A stretch of 33,318 bases of DNA from Eubacteriales bacterium. Lineage in GTDB: Bacteria > Bacillota > Clostridia > Oscillospirales > CAG-382. Below, piece by piece: positions 1 through 7,901 of the stretch (within the stretch, counting starts at the first letter, position 1; each line of letters starts with the position of its first letter). The translations under genes were made by a program, and so were the position numbers. The notes beneath the pieces were generated by a model. It was given only the letters and a program-made list of their open reading frames with translations. It was not told the origin of the DNA and ran no database searches. Location of the stretch: NCBI GenBank assembly GCA_045653405.1, contig JAZOLW010000066.1:1-33318 (forward strand), read 5' to 3'.

Positions 1-63
1 TCAATCGGCACATACGGCAGATTCGATGATGCTGCAAAGTACATCGATCCCCGTAAGAACTAA
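1..63 (+). CDS. 3' end (partial) of the NifU/IscU-like scaffold-domain protein that normally precedes GGGtGRT
   Basis: Frame 1 reads SIGTYGRFDDAAKYIDPRKN*, resembling the YGRF..A.K.IDPR C-terminus I recall for this partner family; directly upstream of the GGGtGRT RBS. Confidence 0.7.
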   Translation, partial: SIGTYGRFDDAAKYIDPRKN

Positions 64-82
64 TCACAGGAGGTACTGAATA

Positions 83-1081
83 ATGGCATTGTTTGAAAGC
101 TATGAAAGACGCGTTGACAAAATCAATGCAGTTCTTAAGGAATATGGCATTTCTTCCATCGAAGAATGTAAAGAAATCACACTTGCAAAGGGTATCGACT
201 GCGATAAGATCGTAAGAGAAACTCAGCCTATCTGCTTTGAAAACGCAGTATGGGCATACACAGTAGGTTGCGCAATTGCAATCAAGTCAGGCTGCACAAA
301 GGCTGCTGACGCTGCTGCCGCTATCGGTATCGGCCTCCAGGCTTTCTGTGTACCCGGTTCTGTTGCTGAAAACCGTAAGGTTGGTCTCGGTCACGGTAAC
401 CTCGGTAAGATGCTTCTTTCCGAAGAAACAGAATGCTTCTGCTTCCTTGCAGGTCACGAATCCTTCGCAGCTGCTGAAGGCGCTATCAAGATTGCTCTTA
501 ACGCAAACAAGGTTAGAGTAAAGCCCCTCAGAGTTATCCTCAACGGTCTTGGTAAGGATGCTGCATTCATCATTTCCAGAATCAATGGCTTCACATACGT
601 TGAAACTGAATTTGATCCTTATACAGAAGAAGTTAAGGTTGTATACGAAAAGCCTTACTCCAACGGCCCCAGAGCAGACGTTAAATGCTACGGCGCTGAC
701 AATGTTCCCGAAGGCGTTGCAATTATGAGACTTGAAAACGTTGGCGTTTCCATCACAGGTAACTCAACTAACCCCACAAGATTCCAGCATCCTGTTGCAG
801 GAACATACAAGAAGTGGTGTAACGAAAACGGCGTAAGTTACTTCTCAGTTGCTTCCGGCGGCGGTACAGGTAGAACACTTCATCCCGATAATATGGCTGC
901 AGGTCCTGCATCCTACGGTATGACAGATACAATGGGAAGAATGCACTCTGACGCTCAGTTTGCAGGTTCTTCTTCCGTTCCTGCTCACGTAGAAATGATG
1001 GGTCTCATCGGCATGGGCAACAACCCCATGGTTGGTGCTACAGTTGCTTGTGCAGTTGCTGTTGAAGAAGCAAGCAAGTAA
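83..1081 (+). CDS. GGGtGRT protein (function unknown)
   Basis: Contains the namesake motif SGGGTGRTLHPD, plus FLAGHESFAAAEG and MMGLIGMGNNPMVG; SD AGGAGG upstream; strongly biased codons. Confidence 0.95.
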   Translation: MALFESYERRVDKINAVLKEYGISSIEECKEITLAKGIDCDKIVRETQPICFENAVWAYTVGCAIAIKSGCTKAADAAAAIGIGLQAFCVPGSVAENRKVGLGHGNLGKMLLSEETECFCFLAGHESFAAAEGAIKIALNANKVRVKPLRVILNGLGKDAAFIISRINGFTYVETEFDPYTEEVKVVYEKPYSNGPRADVKCYGADNVPEGVAIMRLENVGVSITGNSTNPTRFQHPVAGTYKKWCNENGVSYFSVASGGGTGRTLHPDNMAAGPASYGMTDTMGRMHSDAQFAGSSSVPAHVEMMGLIGMGNNPMVGATVACAVAVEEASK

Positions 1082-1101
1082 TAAATAATACCATATAAAT
1101 A

Positions 1102-1138
1102 AAAAACACATTCTGAAGTAAATTCGGAATGTGTTTTT
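1102..1138 (+). terminator. Intrinsic terminator (possibly bidirectional)
   Basis: aaaaacacattctgaa-gtaaa-ttcggaatgtgttttt hairpin with T tract just after the stop codon. Confidence 0.85.
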
Positions 1139-1210
1139 GTGTTTATTTGAAGTAGTCGTTTCACAACTGTTACTTTAATTATACAACAGAAAAACATCAC
1201 TGATACACTC

Positions 1211-1267
1211 GTCAATATACGAGTCACGATTGACGAGTATATTGACAAATAAAGAGGCTTCGCCTCC
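1211..1267. repeat. 57-bp hairpin repeat, copy A
   Basis: gtcaatatac...gtatattgac stem followed by a gaggc-ttc-gcctc hairpin; 49/57 ungapped identity to 4877-4933. Confidence 0.85.
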
Positions 1268-1348
1268 AAAAACCACACAAAACCACATTTATACAAACGC
1301 AAAACAACAAAAATGTCGAACAAAACACGAAAAATATCAAAAATCCCC

Positions 1349-1377
1349 TTGACAAAGAGGACGGGCTGTTATATAAT
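1349..1377 (+). promoter_or_regulatory. Sigma-A promoter of the BMC operon
   Basis: TTGACA-17 nt-TATAAT, perfect consensus, with A-tract-rich DNA upstream. Confidence 0.85.
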
Positions 1378-1459
1378 ATAATAGAAATAAAAGTATATGT
1401 GGAACTGTGAGTGTTTTTAGTGTTCCCGTATGTGTTATAGGAAAGGACGGCAGATCAGT

Positions 1460-2848
1460 ATGATGGACGAAAAGTATGTCAGCGAGATTGTCGCAAGCGT
1501 TGTTAAATCAATGGCAACCGGCAGCGGCGCCAAGAAGCAGAAGGGCGTATTTCCCACAATGGCAGAGGCGCTGGAGGCTGTTCAGAAAGCATATATTCAG
1601 TATAAGGGCTATAGCATCGAGCAGAGAGAAAAGATGATTTCTAAAATCAGAGAACTCACTCTTGCAGAAGCTGAAGTTATGGCTGAAATGGGCGTTGAAG
1701 AAACAGGCATGGGCAGAGTTTCCGATAAGATTATCAAGCATCAGCTCGTTGCAAATAAAACTCCCGGTACAGAGGATATTCATCCCAGCGCATTCTCAGG
1801 CGACTGCGGTCTTACCCTTGTTGAAATGGCTCCCTACGGTGTTATCGGAAGTATCACTCCTTCTACAAACCCCAGTGAAACAGTTATCTGTAACTCAATC
1901 GGTATGATTGCAGGTGGTAATGCAGTTGTATTCAATCCTCATCCCAATGCCTGCAAGGTTGCAAACTACGCAGTAGACCTTGTTAACCGCGCAATTCTTG
2001 AGGCAGGTGGTCCTGAAAATCTTGTCGTTACAGTTGAAAAGCCTACAAAGGAAAGCTCCGATGAAATGATGGCTTCTCCTGCGGTTAAAATGCTTGTTGC
2101 AACAGGCGGCCCCGGTGTTGTTAAGGCGCTCCTTTCTTCAGGTAAGAAGGCAACCGGTGCAGGCGCAGGTAATCCTCCTGTAATTGTTGACGATACAGCA
2201 GATATTGAAAAGGCTGCAAAGGATATTGTTGCAGGTGCAAGCTTTGATAACAATCTTCCTTGTATCGCTGAAAAGGAATGTTTTGCGTTCGATAATATCG
2301 CAGACGACCTTATCAAGTATATGACACAGAACGGTGCTTACCTTATCAAGGGCGAACAGATTGACCAGCTTGTAAAGGTATGCCTTGTTGAAAAGAACGG
2401 CAAGTATACAATCAATAAGAACTGGGTAGGCAGAGATGCTTCAAAGTTCCTTAAGGCTATCGGCATTGAAGCTGATGCAAGACTTGTTATTGCTGAAGTT
2501 CCCGAAGACCATCCTTTCGTATATGAAGAAATGATGATGCCCGTACTCGGTATCGTAAGAGTAAAGAACATTGACGAAGCAATTGCAATGGCTTGCAAGG
2601 CTGAACACGGAAACAGACATTCCGCACATATCCACTCAAAGAACGTAGATCACCTTACAAGATTTGCAAAGGCTGTTGAAACAACAATCTTCGTAAAGAA
2701 TGCTCCTTCCTATGCAGGTATAGGTGCTGGCGGCGAAGGCTATACAACCTTTACAATTGCAGGTCCTACAGGTGAAGGTCTTACAGCAGCACACTCCTTC
2801 ACAAGACAGAGAAGATGCGTGCTTGTTGACGGTTTACATATTGTTTAA
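1460..2848 (+). CDS. CoA-acylating aldehyde dehydrogenase, EutE/PduP family (BMC-associated)
   Basis: ITPSTNPSET, ATGGPGVV, GAGAGNPP, catalytic FDNNLPCIAEKE, TIAGPTGEG; N-terminal amphipathic helix (EKYVSEIVASVVKSM) like an encapsulation peptide. Start placed at ATG 1460/1463 after AGGAAAGGA. Confidence 0.93.
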   Translation: MMDEKYVSEIVASVVKSMATGSGAKKQKGVFPTMAEALEAVQKAYIQYKGYSIEQREKMISKIRELTLAEAEVMAEMGVEETGMGRVSDKIIKHQLVANKTPGTEDIHPSAFSGDCGLTLVEMAPYGVIGSITPSTNPSETVICNSIGMIAGGNAVVFNPHPNACKVANYAVDLVNRAILEAGGPENLVVTVEKPTKESSDEMMASPAVKMLVATGGPGVVKALLSSGKKATGAGAGNPPVIVDDTADIEKAAKDIVAGASFDNNLPCIAEKECFAFDNIADDLIKYMTQNGAYLIKGEQIDQLVKVCLVEKNGKYTINKNWVGRDASKFLKAIGIEADARLVIAEVPEDHPFVYEEMMMPVLGIVRVKNIDEAIAMACKAEHGNRHSAHIHSKNVDHLTRFAKAVETTIFVKNAPSYAGIGAGGEGYTTFTIAGPTGEGLTAAHSFTRQRRCVLVDGLHIV

Positions 2849-2876
2849 GATACGTAAGATTTGAGGTATTACATAG

Positions 2877-3536
2877 ATGAAAGCATTAGGAATGGTTGAA
2901 GTTTACAGCTTCACAACAGTTGTACGTTGCGCAGACATAATGGCAAAAACGGGCAATATCAAGATTATAGCTTTTGACAGAAACAGACCTTTCGCAAAGG
3001 GATTCCCTGTACCCCTTATTATGGCGGTTAAGATTGAAGGCGATGTTGCTGACGTTAAGGCGGCAGTTGAAGCGGCAAAGGCTTATGCCGAGAGCAAGGG
3101 ACACTATATTGTTTCCCACATCATACCCAATCCCGGCGAGGATGTGGACAAGATGGCGTTCCTCAATGATATAAACAGAGATAAGTTCAACAAGAAGCTC
3201 CCCAAGAACTTCAGAGACCTTAAGGAATGCCCGAGATTTCAGGGTGATAACGCTATTGCGCTTCTCGAAGTTGAAGGTCTTGTTGCTTCCATTGAAGGTC
3301 TTGACTCAATGCTCAAGACTGCAGAAGTAAGACTTGTTCACACAGAAAAGAGACTTGGCGGACGTCTTGTAACACTTGTTGTTGCAGGTAAGGTTGACGC
3401 TGTTACAAGTGCGCTTGAACACGGCATGGCAACAGCAGAGCCTCTCGGTCCTGTTTACGGAACAGAGGTTATTGCTAATCCTCACCCCGAACTTCTCAAG
3501 TTCTTTGATATGGGCGAAGGTTCTATCGTAGAATAA
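2877..3536 (+). CDS. Tandem BMC-domain shell protein (two non-permuted PF00936-type domains)
   Basis: Domain 1 ALGMVE...ADIMAKT...EGDVADVKAAVEA...IPNP; domain 2 AIALLE...LDSMLKTAEV...GKVDAVTSALE...IANPHPE; linker of roughly 35-40 aa. Confidence 0.9.
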   Translation: MKALGMVEVYSFTTVVRCADIMAKTGNIKIIAFDRNRPFAKGFPVPLIMAVKIEGDVADVKAAVEAAKAYAESKGHYIVSHIIPNPGEDVDKMAFLNDINRDKFNKKLPKNFRDLKECPRFQGDNAIALLEVEGLVASIEGLDSMLKTAEVRLVHTEKRLGGRLVTLVVAGKVDAVTSALEHGMATAEPLGPVYGTEVIANPHPELLKFFDMGEGSIVE

Positions 3537-3557
3537 GCCTGAAAGGTGGTATCGTCA

Positions 3558-4196
3558 ATGTATGATGAAAAAATAATCGCCGAGGCGGTAAGAAAAGCGA
3601 TGGAACAGCTTTCGTCCGACGATAAGAATCAGATAAAAATCGGTGTATCTGCAAGACACGTACACCTTTCAAGAGAAGACCTTGACATACTTTTTGGCAA
3701 GGGATTTGAGCTTACAAAGAAGAAGACACTTATGGGCAGAGAGTTTGCATCCGACCAGGTTGTAACACTTGTTGGTCCGTCCCTCAGAGCTATTGAAAAT
3801 GTAAGAGTTCTCGGACCTGTAAGAAAGAACACACAGGTTGAGATTTCAAGAACTGATACATTTGTACTTAAAGTTAGCCCTCCCGTTAGACCTTCCGGCG
3901 AGATAGCAGGTTCAGAAAAGGTTGTAATTGTAGGCCCTAAGGGTTCTGTATATCTCAAAGAAGGCGTAATTATTGCCAACCGCCACATCCATCTTACTCC
4001 CGAATATGCTGAAAAGAACGGCATCAAGGACGGGGATTATGTAGATGTATTGGTTGACAGTGTGAAGCCTACAAAGTTCTTTGATGTTCAGGTAAGAGTT
4101 CGTGATGACTTCAATGTGGAAATGCATATTGACACAGATGATGCAAACTCTGCAGGACTCAAAAACGGAGATCTTGTAACCATCATAAAGAAGTAA
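3558..4196 (+). CDS. pduL: Phosphate propanoyl/acetyltransferase PduL
   Basis: SARHVHL, GPVRKNTQVEISRTD, ANRHIHL, EMHIDTDDANS; N-terminal helix EKIIAEAVRKAMEQL like an encapsulation peptide; SD AGGTGG before ATG 3558. Confidence 0.93.
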   Translation: MYDEKIIAEAVRKAMEQLSSDDKNQIKIGVSARHVHLSREDLDILFGKGFELTKKKTLMGREFASDQVVTLVGPSLRAIENVRVLGPVRKNTQVEISRTDTFVLKVSPPVRPSGEIAGSEKVVIVGPKGSVYLKEGVIIANRHIHLTPEYAEKNGIKDGDYVDVLVDSVKPTKFFDVQVRVRDDFNVEMHIDTDDANSAGLKNGDLVTIIKK

Positions 4197-4201
4197 AATG
4201 C

Positions 4202-4231
4202 AAGGGCAGTGACGAGTGTCACTGCTCTTTT
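4202..4231 (+). terminator. Intrinsic terminator of the BMC operon
   Basis: aagggcagtgac-gagt-gtcactgctctt followed by tt. Confidence 0.85.
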
Positions 4232-4246
4232 AATCTGTTCGGTTTT

Positions 4247-4297
4247 ACCTTCCCCGTTTCGGGGAAGGGGGACCACACGAAGCGTGGTGGATGAGGT
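4247..4297. repeat. REP-like GC-rich palindrome
   Basis: ccttccccg-ttt-cggggaagg, then ccac...gtgg and ggatgagg; the layout resembles CCTTCCCC/GGGGAAGG REP-type repeats. Only one copy in this window. Confidence 0.55.
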
Positions 4298-4300
4298 TAT

Positions 4301-4844
4301 GCCGAGTAGAAGGGATTTTTCGCCACTGCGATGGCGAGTTACTTTGCGTGAGCAAAGTAACCAAAGTCACGAGGGCTTAGCCCTTCGAACCCGCGCGTGT
4401 CAATTAAAATCACTACCAACTACTTCTAAACTTTAATCAAATGAGTGATTTTTGAGATTGACACGCGGTGCGAAGTGCGGTTGTACATAAACGCAAAATA
4501 AACTTTCACCTAAAGTGATATACGCATCAGGCGTAGTGCTTAGTGCAATTTGTTTTTTTGCAAATGTACACCTATGTCGGTTGCAAGTTATAATGTTTTG
4601 ATTTGTACAAATTTTAAGCTATGTGCCACTGATAAACTATTGATATAATCTGATATTCGCTGAAACCTCTTTGTGGCAGCGCAGTTGCACTTATATATGC
4701 GTGTCAATTTTAAAATTTTCTCATTTTGCTGAAATTTTGATAAAGTTGCACGGGAAATTTTTATTGACACGCTGGGGTCAAGGGAGCTCCCTTGCAATTT
4801 TGGTTACTTTGTTTGCACAAAGTAATCCGCCGGAGGCAAAAACC
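4301..4844. repeat. Non-coding inverted-arm element (MITE/REPIN-like or structured RNA), copy 1
   Basis: Collinear with 9669-10237; 4333-4391 matches 9702-9760 at 58/59; left and right arms are imperfect reverse complements. Confidence 0.88.
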
Positions 4845-4876
4845 TGATTTAAATGAGAGTATCATTGTTGCTCTCA

Positions 4877-4933
4877 GTCAATATACGAGTACCATTGTAC
4901 GAGTATATTGACAAAGAAAGAGGCTCCGCCTCC
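4877..4933. repeat. 57-bp hairpin repeat, copy B
   Basis: Direct repeat of 1211-1267; differences fall in the loops and the linker. Confidence 0.85.
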
Positions 4934-5012
4934 GCAGTGGCGAAACACTCCCTCTAAAAAAATGTCACTTCGCTTTTGCATATTGATATTATCATATCTG
5001 CATAAATATACA

Positions 5013-5045
5013 AAGAGAGCTGTGACTTTCCGTCACAGCTCTCTT
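5013..5045 (-). terminator. Terminator of the pot operon
   Basis: Perfect 14-bp stem aagagagctgtgac/gtcacagctctctt 4 nt after the potD stop. Confidence 0.8.
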
Positions 5046-5049
5046 AACG

Positions 5050-6252
5050 TTAATAGTCAATTTTGGACTTTCTGTGCTTTCTCACAACATAGAGAATAAC
5101 AAAAATTGCAAGTGCAAGCAAAATGATGATTGTAAGAGGGAATATAGTGCTGTCAAAGGAGCTTGTCGCTCTTACTCTCAGCCACATTACCTCCATAAGG
5201 GAAGTAGCGTAGTCACCAAGATTTACATAAGATTCCGAGTTTGCAATATCCTGCTCTGTAGGATAAACTCTCTCATCAATCTCCACTATTTCACTCGCCG
5301 CAGTGTGCGGTGTAAAATATGAAATGTATTCACAGTTGGCAACTGCAATTTCTGTTTCGCAAAGGAAGTTTATAAATGCTTCCGCCGCTTCTTTGTTTCT
5401 TGCTCCTTTTGGGATGCAAAGGGAGTCAATAAACTTGTTCACACCCTCTTTGGGATAAGCAAACGCAAGGTTTTCGTTTCGCTCCATCATAGTTATACAG
5501 TCACCTGCATAGTAGGGGGCAGCATAAGCATTTTCATTTGCCATCTTGTCAAATGTCTGGTCCATTGCATAAGCCTGATTTACAGCCTTCTGTGCTGTAA
5601 GAGCTTCTGCTGCTTCTTCAAGCTCATCGGCATTTTCGGAGTTAAGCGAATATCCAAGCTTCTTGAGAGCGATACCGAAAGCATCACGGCTGTTACCAAA
5701 CATCAACACCTTGCCGGCAAGTCTTTCGTTCCACAGAACATCCCAGGATGACGCTTCTTCTGCAGTTACATACTTTGTGTTGTATACAAGACCAACCATA
5801 CCCCATGTGTAAGGCACTGTGTACTCGCCGTTGGGGTCAAAGTCAACGTAGCGGTATTCATCTGCAATGTAGTGTATATTGGGGATATTGTCAAAATTTA
5901 TTTTTTCAAGTCTGTCTTCGTCAATAAGACGGGCTATCATATAGTCTGACGGAATAATTATGTCATACACCGAGCCGCCGTGTGTAATCTTGGCGTACAT
6001 ATCCTCGTTTGTATCAAACAGTGTGTAATTGACATCAATTCCCGAAATTTTTTCAAATTCTTCAACAACGTCAAGCGTTCCGTCTGTTCCGTCGGAAATG
6101 TATTCACCCCAGTTGTAAACATTGAGTGTTATATCCTGACCACGGAACTTTTCATAATAGCTTTCGTCATCAACAGTTACATCTGCAAATGCTGTAAGTG
6201 ACAGTGCAACAGCAACAATGCAGAGTAACAACGAAATATATTTAATTTTCAT
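5050..6252 (-). CDS. potD: Spermidine/putrescine ABC transporter substrate-binding protein
   Basis: LNVYNWGEYI, DIIIPSDYMI, PYTWGMVG, YPKEG; signal peptide; C-terminal TM helix. Confidence 0.92.
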   Translation of the reverse strand: MKIKYISLLLCIVAVALSLTAFADVTVDDESYYEKFRGQDITLNVYNWGEYISDGTDGTLDVVEEFEKISGIDVNYTLFDTNEDMYAKITHGGSVYDIIIPSDYMIARLIDEDRLEKINFDNIPNIHYIADEYRYVDFDPNGEYTVPYTWGMVGLVYNTKYVTAEEASSWDVLWNERLAGKVLMFGNSRDAFGIALKKLGYSLNSENADELEEAAEALTAQKAVNQAYAMDQTFDKMANENAYAAPYYAGDCITMMERNENLAFAYPKEGVNKFIDSLCIPKGARNKEAAEAFINFLCETEIAVANCEYISYFTPHTAASEIVEIDERVYPTEQDIANSESYVNLGDYATSLMEVMWLRVRATSSFDSTIFPLTIIILLALAIFVILYVVRKHRKSKIDY

Positions 6253-6282
6253 TTAGTTCCTCCATATTCAGTGTTACACCAT

Positions 6283-7083
6283 TTATTTCTTTGCAGCGCC
6301 CAGTGCCTTTTTCTTTTCTTTCTCGAATTTCATATCCACAAGGTTGTAAACGAGAAGAACTGCCAGTACGCATACGAACATAAGGGTGGAAAGCGCATAA
6401 ATTGTAGGTGTTACCTGTTTCTTTGTCATACTGTAAATCACGATAGGAAGTGTCTGGGACGTTGTTCCTGACGTAAAATAGCTGATAACAAAGTCGTCTA
6501 TGGAATAGGTGAGTGCCATTAGAAAGCCTGATACGATACCCGGCATTATTTCGGGAATAACCGCCTTCATAAACGCCTGCCTGCGGTTGCAACCAAGGTC
6601 CATTGCCGCTTCGTAAAGGCTTACATTCATTTGTCTGAGCTTAGGAAGTACACTGAGAACAACTGTCGGCACACAGAATGTAATGTGTGCAAGAATCAGC
6701 GTTGCAAAGCCCGATGACATCTTGAAGTATGCGAAAAGCAACATAAGAGAAATACCTGTTACGATTTCAGGGTTAAGTATCTGAATGTAAGTAAGTGTTC
6801 TCATTGTGCCTTTTGACATCTTCTTCATTCCGTGAATACCGAATGCTGCCATTGTACCGAGAATTGTAGCAAATACCGATGCGGTAAGAGCAACAATCAG
6901 GGTATTTATAAAGGATGAAATAATTTCCTCGTTTTTAAAGAGTTCAACATACCACTTTGTAGTAAATCCCGTCCAGGTTGCACCCTTACTTGAATTGAAA
7001 GAGAATACAATCAGTATAAGAATGGGCACATAGAGAAATGCAAAGCAAAGGGCTGTGTAAAATCTGGAGAATAAGTTTTTCAT
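6283..7083 (-). CDS. potC: Spermidine/putrescine ABC transporter permease
   Basis: FLYVPILILIVFSFN, EAAMDLG, SIDDFVISYF; operon position. Confidence 0.92.
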   Translation of the reverse strand: MKNLFSRFYTALCFAFLYVPILILIVFSFNSSKGATWTGFTTKWYVELFKNEEIISSFINTLIVALTASVFATILGTMAAFGIHGMKKMSKGTMRTLTYIQILNPEIVTGISLMLLFAYFKMSSGFATLILAHITFCVPTVVLSVLPKLRQMNVSLYEAAMDLGCNRRQAFMKAVIPEIMPGIVSGFLMALTYSIDDFVISYFTSGTTSQTLPIVIYSMTKKQVTPTIYALSTLMFVCVLAVLLVYNLVDMKFEKEKKKALGAAKK

Positions 7084-7901
7084 TTAATCGAATCCTCCAT
7101 TTCATCACTGTCAAACTGATTGAGTATACCCATACTGATAAGCACCACAATCATAAGGATAAGGGAGGTAGCGCTTCCTGCGTGGAAGCCTACACCTTTA
7201 AGTTTGAACTGTTCTTCGATGAGGTCACCGATAAGGTAGCAGTCGCTTCCGCCGAGAAGTCGGGAGATGATAAAGGTACTTACACAAGGAACAAATGTCA
7301 TTGTGATACCTGTTGCAATACCCGGAAAACTCAAGGGGAATATAACTTTCTTGATAACAGTCATAGGACTGCATCCAAGGTCCTGCGCCGCCTCAATAAC
7401 GTGGTTGTCAATCTTTGTCATAATTGAAAACAGAGGCATAATCATAAATGGCAGGTAGTTGTATACCATACCGAGCACCACGGCACCCGATGTGTTTATA
7501 AGCTGAAGCTGTGGGATGCCGAAAAATGCCAGAATATTGTTTATGATACCGTTGTCTTCAAGAATTGTCATCCAGGCATATGTTCTGAGCAGAAAGTTCA
7601 TCCACATAGGGAGCGTTATGAGAAGCATAAACACTCTCTGAACAGCGGCAGACTTTCTTGACATAATAAACGCAAGGGGATAGGCAATTATAAGACAAAC
7701 AATTGTTGCCATAAAAGCAAGGCATATGGATTTTATAAGTACAGGGAGAAAATAACTAGAATCAATTACATTGTCAAGTGTAAAGGACCCGTTTTTGTGA
7801 TTGGTAAACGCATAGTAGATTACCAGTATAAATGGAATAATTGTAAAAAGAACTATCCAGATAATGTAGGGCAGGGCAGTGAATTTAGCTGATTTTTTCA
7901 T
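7080..7901 (-). CDS. potB: Spermidine/putrescine ABC transporter permease
   Basis: [31 protein letters not shown]; start placed at MKKSAK (7901), overlapping the potA end. Confidence 0.92.
   Translation of the reverse strand: MKKSAKFTALPYIIWIVLFTIIPFILVIYYAFTNHKNGSFTLDNVIDSSYFLPVLIKSICLAFMATIVCLIIAYPLAFIMSRKSAAVQRVFMLLITLPMWMNFLLRTYAWMTILEDNGIINNILAFFGIPQLQLINTSGAVVLGMVYNYLPFMIMPLFSIMTKIDNHVIEAAQDLGCSPMTVIKKVIFPLSFPGIATGITMTFVPCVSTFIISRLLGGSDCYLIGDLIEEQFKLKGVGFHAGSATSLILMIVVLISMGILNQFDSDEMEDSIK

Noticed and set aside
4683-4710. dif/Xer-like or attC-like site in the element
   Set aside because: Weak similarity to dif and no RYYYAAC/GTTRRRY core pair; only the general bulged-hairpin analogy is kept.
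4209-5099. ORFs 4209-4436, 4588-4797 and 4908-5099
   Set aside because: They lie in hairpin repeats, lack an SD, and the frames checked are broken by stops or indels in the homologous copy.
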